A stretch of 64,000 bases of DNA from Ramazzottius varieornatus (Eukaryota > Animalia > Tardigrada). This document shows, in pieces, positions 49,531-61,559 of this stretch. Made by a program: the position numbers and the translations under genes. Within the stretch, counting starts at the first letter, position 1, and every line of letters begins with the position of its first letter. The stretch spans positions 327,016 through 391,015 of the forward strand of contig BDGG01000011.1 in assembly GCA_001949185.1 (NCBI GenBank), written 5' to 3'. Under the pieces are notes generated by a model that was given only the letters and a program-made list of their open reading frames with translations, searched no databases and was not told the DNA's origin.

Positions 49531-51253
49531 TACCTTGAGCACCGGGTGGGAAACTCACTTTCCCGGCGCACACTACCGGTAATATGTACGAGAAGCGAGG
49601 TCCAAGTCTCACTGGTAAACTTTACCCAGTCAAGTTCTGAAGGCGGCGCTGCCATGCGAAATTAGCTGGCGTTTATCAGGCGGACTCGGGAAAAGTGGGT
49701 AAAGTTTTAATCGTTCCGCAGTCGAAATGCAGTGCAGGCCTTGATCCGATGATTGCCCAGACGGGCTGCGCCGAAGTACAGCACGGTGCTACGTTTTGAA
49801 GACAGTATTTCATGTGGCCATATCTCTCTGAAACTTGGACAGATTTCGCTGATTCTGCTTCCAGAACGCAACCAAAGGCTTACTCCCGATGTCACAGCCA
49901 AGGAGGGGGAAAGAAAACTAACTGTAACTGACGCATACCCCTCAAAACAACTATTTTTCAGTCGGAAATTTTGACTTCCGCTGACGTGATGCGCCATTAG
50001 AATACGAAAAAACGGCACTTGGTTAAACCAGCGCAACTCCTTCCTTTCGCATCTCTTCCCTCCCACTCAACTCTCAGAACTAAGAATTAGTTTTAAGCAA
50101 CAATCCAGTACCTGGAGTGTTTTGATCCGACCATTGTGGGCTGGGATATGAGGATGAGAAGGTTCTCAAAATAATATGGCGTCTCTCCCTGGTTTATCAA
50201 GGGATATCAGGTGTATTGCAACAAAAAGGACAGCCTACAAAATTCGCAGAGCTCGTTGAAGATCATCCCGTAAAGAACAGCCACAAGCCAGGTAAATTTT
50301 GGAAGATGAAAAGGGAGCAAAGCAAGGATAGGCTTCACTGGTGCAGTTGGCTAAATCTTGCAAAAGCAAACGTTTTCGCTTGAAGTGGGTAAAGTTTTAG
50401 CTGTTCTGATATCGAATAAAAAGGGTAGTGTTACGTCATCACTAGCCTAAGGCACACGTTTCAGAAGAGTGTGATTTTGCTCGGTCGGGCACATAGGCGT
50501 TCTACTTGGCCCGGCTTGCTGTTCCCTCTGCAGAAAGCGTGCTCCCTAATATCGGAAGAGATTTTCGATCGACTTCCGTTCTCGAATCCCATCACTCATG
50601 ATCTTCCACGAACTCTCACTCTAGTCAGGCTCAGCACGAGGCAGGTTATTGGGAGATGGTTGAGAATCAATTTGAAAGGTTGGGAGCGGCAGGTTTTTGA
50701 GAAATCTTCAGTGGGTAAAGTATTCATGAGTCCGGCAAACGGGTAAAGTAACTTTACTAAAGTTGGATCTCGCTCGTACGTGGCGAGATTTCAGATTAAC
50801 TTTTGCTGCTTCCTTTTTGCCCTTTGCGATGAATCAACTTCCCTCCGATCTATCAGATACAACCAGCAGCCACTCGACAGTCTATCTGCAAAACTGTCTG
50901 GAGCTTTTCCCGTTTTCGATGGAAATTTCGTCCTAGCCAGCAAATTATTCTTCAGTCAGGCTCTCGGTTGGGCCAGAGTGTCCAAAAACTTCCAGCTCTA
51001 GTCCAAACATCTCTGCACCTAGCGCGTGTTTCAGATTCGAGAAATGGTTTTTCCGGTGGTCGAGAAAAAAAACATGAAGGTTGGCCGTTTCAAGTTTATA
51101 GATGGCGCACTGTACACCATATTCTCAAATTTCGGCCAGTCGAGAAGGTGGACCTGTTTGACGACGCCCTTCAGTTTCTACCAGTCAAAAAGGGCGAAAG
51201 TGACCTTCCCACCCGGTATTCTGAAAGCCCAAAATCGCGTGGTGCTCAAGGTG
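49531..51253. mobile_element. Non-autonomous piggyBac-like element, 1.72 kb
   Basis: TTAA on both flanks (49527-49530, 51254-51257). 13-bp TIR (T/C)ACCTTGAGCACC. Asymmetric 19-bp subterminal IR GGGTGGGAA..TCACTTTC (49544-49562; 51196-51214). Confidence 0.8.
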
Positions 51254-51523
51254 TTAAAAGCCTCGTCTCTTCACAGAATCCAAATTAATTACCCCGATGA
51301 GTGTATGTTATGTCATGTGCGTGTACAGTATAGGCAAATAAGGTACTTTAAAAGGGGGAGGGCCAAAATCGAGTTTTCGACAAGTGACGTGGAAACTCCG
51401 GCTCGAAGTAATCAGCAGATCAAGCGGCAGTTCACGTCTCTGGATTGCAGCTTGATCAGCTGTTTGCTTTCTGCGTCACGTCGATTTTGGCCTTGCCCCC
51501 TTTTAGAGTACCTTATTTACCTA

Positions 51524-51708
51524 CACTCTACCAGTCCTGCGGAGCTATTTAACTCGTTTAGCTCATTTCGCTATTCTTCTACGAGGTTTTTACAAAGAGT
51601 GCATCCAGGTTCGTTTGCTGCATAACCCTGTTTTGCGTTTTCGTAGAAAAAAAGGCAGATTTAGCTCGCGAGCTGAAACGAGCTAAATAGCTCCGCAGCT
51701 CGGCCGTG
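51524..51708. mobile_element. MITE, about 185 bp
   Basis: Inverted repeat CTGCGGAGCTATTTA(A/G)CTCGTTT at 51537-51559 and 51676-51698. TA-CAC...GTG-TA ends. Confidence 0.65.
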
Positions 51709-51713
51709 TACTA

Positions 51714-51817
51714 CAGTGCTGAAAATGCATCCCTTCCGGTGGTCACGGGACGTCATCTACCATTGATTAATGTTATAAGACCACATGACCGCCGGAAGGG
51801 ATGCATTTTTAACACTG
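51714..51817. mobile_element. Tc1/mariner-type MITE, 104 bp
   Basis: TA TSD and about 32-bp TIR CAGTGCTGAAAATGCATCCCTTCCGGTGGTCA / rc CAGTGTTAAAAATGCATCCCTTCCGGCGGTCA. Confidence 0.88.
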
Positions 51818-52313
51818 TACAATCTGATGACTGGTGGAAAGAGACCGGTTTCATCACGCAGGTAAACTAATGAGGAAACCGCTTCCGAATTTCTGAACGT
51901 GGTGAATCGATGCATTTGCCGATGGTTAACCGGTATAACTTTGCGGTAAGGTACGGTTATCGGTTTATCGAAGACTCGAACAAGTTGCTTTTTGTGTTAA
52001 AACAGCATTGATATTGCATAAAACATGCAAGAACATTCGCTCACAGAGCATACGATAAATTAAAGGCACTTCAACACTGCGCGTTACACCGATCACAGAT
52101 TTTTATACAAATGAAAGAGATGACACTGTCCATCGACCTCTACACAGTAGGGGGAACACGAAAAGTATGCATCAGCTGACAAAGCGACGTGTCATGGTAG
52201 GTGGTGTGTTCGATTCATTCCGTCAACAAGGTAGCAATATACAGCGGAGTGATTTCGAGGCACTATGGGTAAGCGAAGGAACTTTGGCGAAGAGTGTCAT
52301 CGTGGCGAAAAAC

Positions 52314-52837
52314 TCAAACGTTCCTTATCTGCAAGAAAAAGAGCCAGAATTAACAACTGAGCAAATACTTTGCTGTAGTTGAAAAAATTTGAAGAGACTG
52401 TTGCTTACCGATGAGCTTTTCCTTCTGAGTTCAAGTAATATGTTGCGGTCAAAGACTGGCAAATCTGGTACCACTTCGACGTTACCCAGCTGAGCGAACT
52501 GTTGATCGGTTGATTGTTCGGTCGCAGGCAGCGGACTGGGCGTACTCGGAGTTTGGGTCGCTTCTTCTCCGGTAGGCTTGAACGGCTTAGGGTCTTTGGG
52601 AATCTCGTTCAGACTGTCGAAGTTGGCACTTTGAGGAAAAAAGTCATCTTCCGAGTTATCCTCCACGACGTCGTCTCCGAGTTCCACCACTTGAACCGAC
52701 GAGACAGTTGTGCTTTCGGCTGTCGCTTGAAGAGCCAGCGACCACAAGGGTGAGCTATCCAGCGGTCGTCCGTTGACCGAAAGGAGATCGCTGAGGAAAA
52801 CGAGGGCCGAACTGAACAGAAACACGGAAGGATTCAT
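52314..52837 (-). CDS. Small secreted acidic, P/T-rich protein of unknown function
   Basis: Signal peptide MNPSVFLFSSALVFLSDLLSVNG|RP, an acidic low-complexity body, and RRK near the C-terminus. Probable last intron gives ...SSSIRNV*. TATATAAG lies about 145 bp upstream on the minus strand. Confidence 0.6.
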
Positions 52838-55800
52838 TGTGACTAGCAAGGAGAGTATTGGAGTCTTCGAAATAAAGAGAACAGACGAGAACTAAGAGAA
52901 GAATAGTTGAGATTTGCAAGGGGAAGGAAACTTCGGAAAGTTGTGAGAATGATTGGATTGTATGAACTGTGCCGTACTTATATACGACCCGTCCCTTGTT
53001 ATTGTTGTTGAGAAGCCGTAGCTGTCAATCTTGGTCATGAGTCAGATATTCAAAAAAACATCAATGACGACAAATAAAGCTGGTGGTTTTTTTGTGAGCT
53101 GCGATAGCCAGCGGCTGGAGAAAATACGGTATGCACAGCAGGTAGCGTTTTTGCCGTCATGCATGTCTCTGCGCTCTTGTGGCATCTACCGGGATTTGAG
53201 TAACGGTCATACCCCCATAGTACTCTACGTACGCTGTTTTGTGCGTCACAAGTCATAAATCACCACCGAAGGCCATCGTTTTGTCTGTTTCATTGCTACA
53301 ACAAATGAATGGCGCCAGACTGCATCGGCGTCATACCAAAATGTTGTCGCCGCATTCCGCGCCGACTATGCAAGCCCGAGCAAAACAATAAGCGGTCCGA
53401 ATAACATACCTGTCAATCTGCATTACCACAGAACAATAAGCAAACATGTTGTTTAGAACTCTTCCCACTGGGAAAGAGACGTGCGTTTCCACGTCCACAA
53501 TCCATATACAGCTTCTCGCCTGGAAGCTCTACAGAGTTCTCCATCCGGGACAGAAAAGTTTTCGTGGCAGCAAATAACTTTTGCGACAGTCACCGGGAAT
53601 TTATTTCAGCTTCAAGTTGGAGCAGTACTCTGATAACCCAGTAGATAACCTTCTTGAAATTCAAGGGCGAGTCGCGTTTGAGTCAGCCGACAAGGTGTTA
53701 GACATCAGATTCGAGAAACCTGTCCAGCACTGTGATGTCAGCAGTGAAATTCGCTTCCGCAAGATGTACAAAGGCGACATCGTGCTTGTTTTCGTGATTG
53801 ATGCACTTCAGCCTGATAATGAAAGCCAGTTTTCGCTTGCTCCGGCAGCCAGAGGTATGCACCGTGCAAAACCATTTTATTATTTCTGGTTCAGGTTGTG
53901 AAAACCATTAAAAAAAACCCTTACAAAAACTGTGAAAATCTTTGATATATGTCCTGCGCCAAAAATGAACATACTGTACGTGAGTATTACTGTACTTTGG
54001 TAATCAGAATGTTTCGAGGCTGCCTAATCGTCGTGTGAATGCGTACAATCGAAGGGTAAATTGCAGGTCAGTTTTAGTTCCATTTCAACTAAGAATATTT
54101 CAGGACTGGTGGCTGTTCCAGCATACATGTCGCTCGTCAGTACTGCTCGTTATTATGAAAAGAAAGCCATTTTTTCGCCATATTTCGCCACTTTCATATT
54201 GTCAAGTAAAGCGCTTCCACATATCTTGTCAGACGTCACACGTGTGACATTGACGTGTCTGATTGTACTCGAGAGTCTCAAGTCCCTTCTTTTATTTTTG
54301 GTGCACATCGACTTGTACGAAGTAGTTCTGTTTTGCTTCATTTAGAATTAGTGATGCGTCTTTTTCTGACTACATCCGCACCGATGTTGCAGCACGAGAC
54401 TTTTCATACCTGCTTGTCGAGGTGAACGTTCGGTAGAGTAGCTGTATCTTCTCGCAACTATCTACATCTTGCGCCCGCTCAAGCGTAGAGTAACAAAGCC
54501 ATTTGAGCTAATGGTATGCGACAACATCGAAGGCGCAATCGACTTGTTTTCCCATACGGATGATAGCGTACTGTTCGGAAGTGAAAACAACAACAACAGC
54601 TTCCGGCTGTCATTAACGTTGTTATCGGAAGCATGGCGCCCATTCTGTCCCGTGGCAGTCGTCGCTGTTGTTCCACGCCGAATTAGTACACTCTTAGTGT
54701 TTTGCGTGAGAGTTCTTCATTGGAGCATTTAAGGCAACCGGTCAACGACAAAGGACTGTAGTTTCGCACCGAAAAGCGCTATTGCTCAGCAAACCTACCT
54801 AAAAAAATCGAATAATTAAAATATTTCTCATTCTCAAAAGGGAGAGGTTTCTGAGCTCACCAGGGACCTTTGAGTTTTGCTCCTTCTTATGACAGAACAC
54901 AGCCTTGGGCAACTTTCACCAAGTACAAGATACCCGCCGGAATACCAGTCTCAAAACTCCGAGAAATTTTGAAGTGTACGGGTTCACTGTGACCATTGCA
55001 ATGTCCTACTTTTCAATCACAGTGATCAGACTTGCGTGATCACCAGATCTGATCACAGATGTCACCGTCGACGATGGAACTGCTCTAGATCTTTTTAGTA
55101 GCTATCTGCTGTTTCGTTTCAACGAAACAAACGTTCTGTCATTTTGCTGAACTTTCGTGGTAAGGTCTCCACTCTGCACCACTCGACAATGGCTGCACTG
55201 GCAGTTCTTCGAAAAGTTCAAAATACTGGTTCCGTTAATCTTACAGTGAACCTTTCATTTGGAGATTTCTCCAAGTTCAAAGTGGTATTCCGCCGGGTCT
55301 GCTGCTTCATGAAAGTTTCCAAGAACCTTGTCTATCATCAGGACGAGCGAAGCGAGGAGTTTATAAGTCTGTCACGATTTCAATGGATGTCGCAAATGCC
55401 GAAGCTTTCTGAAATCGCAACCTCTGCAGTGTAAAATAATGCTTCAGTTGATCCGGGTGCAGAAAAGCTCTACTCGTGAACCCTGTGCGTCTACGCATTC
55501 GCTCGTTCTCTCCAGTGGTCAGAATCACCGGCTAGTGTTAAAAAGTAGAAGTCGAAGATTTCGGGTGAGCTAAGTAACCGTTCTCTTGTCAGTACAGTCC
55601 GGTCGCTCGAAATTTGGTACCTACAGGTTGATCCTAATTGACTGAATGGATTTTGCAAAGTTTTTGTACAACTATTCTTCTTCGGCAGATATCGTCAAGC
55701 TTCTGCTCGTTCGATACATCTCTTAAGATCCTGCTATTTATGTTGAACAAGCTGTTCGCTCGCCTTCGGCTCGCTCGCAGCTTGCTGTGTCGTAGGAAAA

Positions 55801-56233
55801 GATACCGTTGAAGTGCGTTAGCCCAACACCAAAACCGAGTCAGAATGGGACACAATTGTATAGGCGTGGACCCCTTGGAAAGGGACTAACTGGAAACTAA
55901 AATCACCCCATGTTAGGTCATGACCAGAACTCAAGGTGAAACCGGAAACAAAGTACTCTCCGACAACGGGATAAACTGCCTTAACACCTGCAGCACCACG
56001 TGTTTTATGTCAAAATTGAACCATGGGGTGCGAAACGATCCCAGAGTTTCTGACTGGTTTAGAAACGAGCGCCACCGTCCCTTGACCAATAGCAACGTCC
56101 CCATTCTAACCGGCGCATGACACCATGTGTAGTAATCATTTAATCCACCACTTCATCGGGGAAACACAGGACAGAAGAACAAACAGCCTCCCCAAGTTTA
56201 CTAATACGAGTGAAACTATTCTTCTCACACTCA

Positions 56234-58580
56234 CGAGGGGATTATGCCTGTCCCCACCTCTTTTTGGTCAAACTGTCCTGGCGGACCGAGAGAGGAGAGT
56301 CTCTTCTAGGATCTGAGCCAGTGAGCTAAATCCCGCGTCGATCCTGGAACAAACTACAGGGACTCGGGAGTGACGTCAAAAGTAGGGCGGTATATAAGCA
56401 GAGTAATGAACAATCAAGACTTGATTGTTCGATGGTTGATTTGGTTGTTGATTGAGCATGCGCTTCCTGCTCATCAAGTTTTCTGTTGTTTTTCAACCTT
56501 CTCTAATTTGCTCATTCACTCCCGCGCTTCTCTGAAATGGAATCCATCAACTTGCTGAATGTTATCAAGCTGCTGGAATGGGACTAAAAACTGCACTGCC
56601 GTATCGACGTCTTTCCAAGCGAAGCTGACAGGCAGTTCAAGGACATAGTTAAAGGTAATCCTGCTGTGCACTGGAGCTCAAAAACAAAAAAGATACTGAT
56701 TTGATTCGTAATATTTCCTAGATTTCATCGACCGAAGATCACCCAAAGTGTTACTCCTGTGTATGCCGTTGAAGAAGACCTCCAGTATGATCTGCAGGTC
56801 CGCGTCGAGTCATTTGAAGATTACGAAGCATCTGTTGTCCAGTGCAACCTGCTGAATGGCCGGAGTGAAGCTGACTTCGACGTTACGGAATCTGATAGAC
56901 TGCTTGAGCCTGTTTTCAGCGGAACTGTACCTTCTTCCTATGAGCTATACATCCCACGACTTCCTAACCTCAAGCTTCCAGTGGATCAGTTAGTCAACTT
57001 GGAGTACAAGAAACGTGCGGTTACATACTGGAGAAACGCCGTGAAGAAGAAGCGTCTCACGTTGGCCACTGTTCAGAGAAGTTTTAGTAAAGTAACCAGC
57101 ATACGACAGCTGTACGACTGAGAAAAGCAGGTAGTGGAAGGCGGTTCCAGGCTGGACAAGTTGAAGGCTATACGTTTGGATGTCGGTAAACAGTTCTTCC
57201 TCGCTAAAAGGAAAAAGCAAGTGGTCAAGGATTTGGACTTACGTCGATGGGCTCTCACTGCGAACGAAACGGTGGACTTGGCCGGTTTCACTGCTTCCCC
57301 AGACTGGATCGGAAAACTCAAACGGTACCAACAGTTTTTTGTGCTTCGATTTCCTTCAAAAACGAAATTAGTATTTTCTAGATATTATGGGATCGTTGAC
57401 CGGAAAATAACCAAGTTCGTCACCAAGAAATCGTACAAGAAGCGCCTCACGTCAAGGAAAATGCTGAAGCCTGCGTTGCGCTTGTCAGATCAAGGATCAC
57501 AGAGTACGGGTTAGACTGTCTGTGGAATGCGGATCAGTGAGGCTTTGAGTATGAGGTCAGACCAAGAAGAAATTTCGAACTTGCTGGAGTAAAACACGTG
57601 GAAGCGATCACCCAGTTGGAGAATTCCATGACACATAGCTACACTGTGATGATGGCGGTCTCCCCGGGCAGGCGTAAGTTTCTTCCTGTTCTTTTCCTAA
57701 CGCTGAAAGAAGAGAAAGGAGTGTTTGGTCCAATCGTGTCGAGAACGATGTTCAAGGCTGATAATCTGTATGTCACTGCTCCGACATCCGGGAAGATGAC
57801 CAAGAAGCTCTACTTAGAGTGGTCAGAAAAAGTTCTTTTCCCTCATATGGAAGAGCGGTGCGTTTTCTTGGCCGACTCGTGGAAGACCTTCACAGATCAA
57901 GATTCTGTGATTGAACTGAAGCTGGAAGAGCTGGAGTACGAAATGCTGACCATCCCTCCGAAAGTTACCGATCAAATTCAACCGCTGGATGTGTTATGCT
58001 TTAGGATGTACAAAGGCTGCTTCAAGAAGATATCCGACTTTGTCTTTTTGCACGATTTACCAGTTCAAGTGCATCATCGCGATGTGATTCTGAGATTGCA
58101 CTCTTTGCTGTATCAACAGTTTCAGTCGCCCAGGTTCGAAAATTTGATAGCTGAAGCTTGGCATAAGTCGGGATATACCGACGAACGTTTCATGTATGTT
58201 AATCCAGCCAAGTTTGTTTTTGATAAGCTGAAAGCCAGTTGTCTTCACGAGAACTGCAGAGACATTGTTCTTCTGGTTTGCGGGTGGTGCAAGGCCCGTC
58301 TTTGCTTCCATCACTTGTATGACGCTCATCTACTTGCCGTAACAAGTTTGTTTACTGATGGGTTTCAGGGTTCGTTTGTTAGGTCTAACGTGGACCTACA
58401 AGACATCACGTTTCTACGTTATTGGCATAAATTTCTGATGTCAATTCCGAGTCCCTGTAGTTTGTTCCAGGATCGACGCGGGATTTAGCTCACTGGCTCA
58501 GATCCTAGAAGAGACTCTCCTCTTTCGTTCCGCCAGGACAGTTTGACCAAAAAGAGGTGGGGACAGGCATAATCCCCTCG
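56234..58580 (+). mobile_element. Full-length Tc4/Tc5-like DNA transposon (2347 bp)
   Basis: 134-bp TIRs (56234-56367, 58447-58580; 2 mismatches). TCA duplication within a CTNAG target site. Internal transposase. Confidence 0.93.
56537..58488 (+). pseudogene. Tc4/Tc5-like DD37D transposase, inactivated
   Basis: CENP-B-like HTH (FTASPDWIGKLKR); triad LWNADQ / FLADSW / QPLDV; C-terminal CGWCKARLCFHH. In-frame TGA at 57119 and 57538 plus a frameshift near 57435. Confidence 0.85.
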
Positions 58581-58767
58581 TCAGAACAGATTACTTGTGG
58601 TGCAATTCACAGACAGGGATATCGAATGTACTGCAGTAAAGCAGGAGGATAAACCAGGACAGATTTTAAACGGGATGGGGCGTGAATGACGCTTTCAACG
58701 TACTAGAAAAAACACGATCTGAAGGCCAGTTAGATTCCGAGCATTGTGAAATACAGCTCTGAAGTTT

Positions 58768-58771
<4 letters not shown>

Positions 58772-58813
<42 letters not shown>

Positions 58814-58875
58814 TACGGTATATATACATATATACGGTATATATGTATATACCACATATATGTATATACCATATA
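58772..58875. repeat. (TA)n microsatellite with a degenerate tail
   Basis: About 17 perfect TA units followed by TATATAC variants. Confidence 0.95.
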
Positions 58876-59595
58876 ACCACTTTCTCAATTCCACTTTACC
58901 TTTAACTGTGACTATTCTCAGAGGATAGAAGTTGATGACTGATCCGGTTCAGCTTTCAGAACCACAACCGACAATCTCTCATACCCGTATGCCAATTTGA
59001 ATTCGAAGTGTTGTTCAGTTTGATATCTCGATCTGAACTAATCTTCAAAAAATATTTTTGTAAATGCTCCTGGAAAACTTACGCTAATCGCGGGCTTCGA
59101 TTAGCGAGTCTCAACCTCTCGTGATTAGAGCAAAGAGTGGGCGGATTAAATCATCAGGACTAATCAAATATCCTACGCTAGTCAAGTTTGATATCAACCT
59201 CCCCAGTGACTCGGTTGAATCGACTGAAGATCATGATTTTACGGGACCTTCGTTCAGTCCCATCGTACCTAGGATCGCTCCTATCGATCCATTCAAAAGG
59301 ACATGGTTCAGCCCTTCGGGAAAGCCGCCATCACGGAATCAAATTCCCTTTCACTCGCACATACGGCTACGGTGGACAAGGCGCAAGGGACAACCCTGCC
59401 AAGATTGGTTCTTGATTTATGAAAGAACGAGTTTGCGATAGGGCTATCATTTATTGGCTGTTCTCGAGTACGGTCGTTGTCCGACCTAGCGTTTCTGCTA
59501 TATTTTGATTTTGACCGCCTTGCTAAGCTGGCAAATTCTCCTTTAATACAAGAGAAAGTTGCCGAGGAAAAACGATTACTTGCATTAGGCAACAC

Positions 59596-59668
59596 AACGC
59601 AGTAAAAGTGCTCGCTCTACAATGGTTTGCCTCCTTTGCTCGGCCTTTCTAGTGGTCACAACCACTAG
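59596..59668 (+). mobile_element. Helitron/Helentron-like 3' terminus, same family as 5473-5695
   Basis: TTTGCCTCCTTTGCTCGGCCTT, then the hairpin CTAGTGGT-caca-ACCACTAG, then CTAGT. Confidence 0.55.
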
Positions 59669-59758
59669 CTAGTAGTTTAGATAAGTTTCTCCGGTGTGAG
59701 GTGGTCGTTTGATTATTACAATCCACGGAGAACCACCCATCTGGTCGGTCTGGCTACG

Positions 59759-60071
59759 CTATTGAGCGGGTCGCGGGGGTCGACGGTTCACGTTGACGTT
59801 TCGGTAGTTGTTCATCATATTAATGTTACGGTATGGACCGTTCATGTTCATCTGACGAGCCGGTACTGGTCCAGTAAAAGGGTTCATCGGTCCGTTTCCG
59901 GCACCGGGCATTGGCAGTGGTACGGGGCCGCCCATCTGCCCATGAACTACGGCTCCTGTCACAGACAAAAATCCTTTCGAGATGCAATTCCGGTAAATTT
60001 GAGGAGAAAGCAAGGTTGAGCTTGAACTTACCGCAGCACAAGGCAACAGCCAATAAAATGAGGTGTTCCAT
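59759..60071 (-). CDS. Small secreted Pro/Gly/Asn/Met/Arg-rich peptide, 78 aa (exons 60071-60032, 59955-59759)
   Basis: A 76-nt GTAAGT...ACAG intron joins MEHLILLAVALCC to GAVVHG|QMGGPVPLP..., completing a signal peptide in frame. Confidence 0.75.
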
Positions 60072-61559
60072 CTTTTCTGGATAAATTTATGTTTTTTCTT
60101 TATCAGCTCAAACCAACGTTGACGACGACTGAAATGGTTCCTTATTCTGTTCGTGTTCAGCGGTTCATAAGAAGAGAGACCAAGGTAACGTCGGTCGGCT
60201 TTGTCCGCCGAAAAGCCACCGGCGGGACAAACCGGTTAAAAATCGGGGTAAGAGCTAATAATTTTGCCATATTACCATGGAGAGCCGCACGAAGACTCCT
60301 CGCAGATGAGGTCTCTCGTCGTCGTTCTCGCAGGTGACTTTATTGGCAATCAGCCAACCGAAGACTAAACACCAGGGCAGGCGTGTTGATTCTTTGGTCG
60401 ATTCTCCTCGCTGTTCACTGCGTCCACCGTAAGTACAGTCATTTAACCGTTAACCGAAAAGTGGAACGTTGGCAAAATGCAGCGGTGGGAACGGCGGTTA
60501 GCAACACTTACTGAACCCCACCTACTGTATGCGATGAGTTTTAGGGTTTATTTTCCTCTTCATACTTGTATCGCTAGCGGGTTCTTGTGTACTTGGTAAA
60601 GGCACGGGTGTTAGCAGACAGGATCCATTGTAAAATGCGCATTTTTTGGGGCGGGCGCACTCGCACTGTGTTTCAAACTTGTACCGCTGCGGTGGGTAGC
60701 GGGCAGTTCTGACTTTGCACATTACTCAGGCTCACAATCAATCGATACAGCATTGTGCACGCCATGCGCGACCGCGGAACTGCCTGCCGCTTCGTAACTG
60801 ACTGTAAAAGGTGCCAGTAGTGTAACCGCAACCCATTTGTCCAGTTTCCATGCGTAACGTCGTCTCCACGCAGTTTTACAGCATTTTGTTCGACTGGGAT
60901 TAAGACACTGAGGAAACCAACGCCTGATACATATGCAAGCTCTAAACATGCGTGTGGTTCGCAGTGGATGGAAATGTTCGACGACTCGCTAGCTGACGAG
61001 CGGGTCTTGTGGACTTAGGACGAGCGGGTATGTCAGGCCATTGGTTTGAATGTTGGAACATTTCAGAACAGTAACCTTTCACATCACGACTATTGCAACA
61101 GTCCACATGATCGTTCCAGAAGCAGTCTTTCAGAAGTCTAAACCGGTACAGTCCCCACGCTCGAAATGTGTAGTTACGAACAGCCATCAGCGTAGAGGTT
61201 CAATATGTGATTAAGCAGTTTCAATTGCACGTTTCGAGCGTGGGACTTCAGTTCTAAACGACCTTTGACTGACCTCGAACGGTTTGCTTACATTTCGTTT
61301 TCAGGCTATGGATGAGCTCCAATTAGCTTAACTGAAAGTAATGAAACCTAAACTAATATAAGAACAAGCACGTTCAGTTTTTCTTCCCTAAAATATAAAC
61401 TAGCGTTATTCGGAAGAGCTGCAAATATGCTTGTGTAGTTTTCGTTGAGAAATTTCTTCCGTAAAGGTCCACGTGCTCGTCACAAGGTTTTTTGGGTTAC
61501 AATAGTATAGGGGTAGGATACTGCTGTTAAGTTAGAGCAGACTTCATGAACGTCAGAAT

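Noticed and set aside
53000-56200. Short ORFs in the intergenic region
   Set aside because: No domain, splice or compositional support.
58695-58928. ORFs with IYIYIY repeats
   Set aside because: Artefact of the TA microsatellite.
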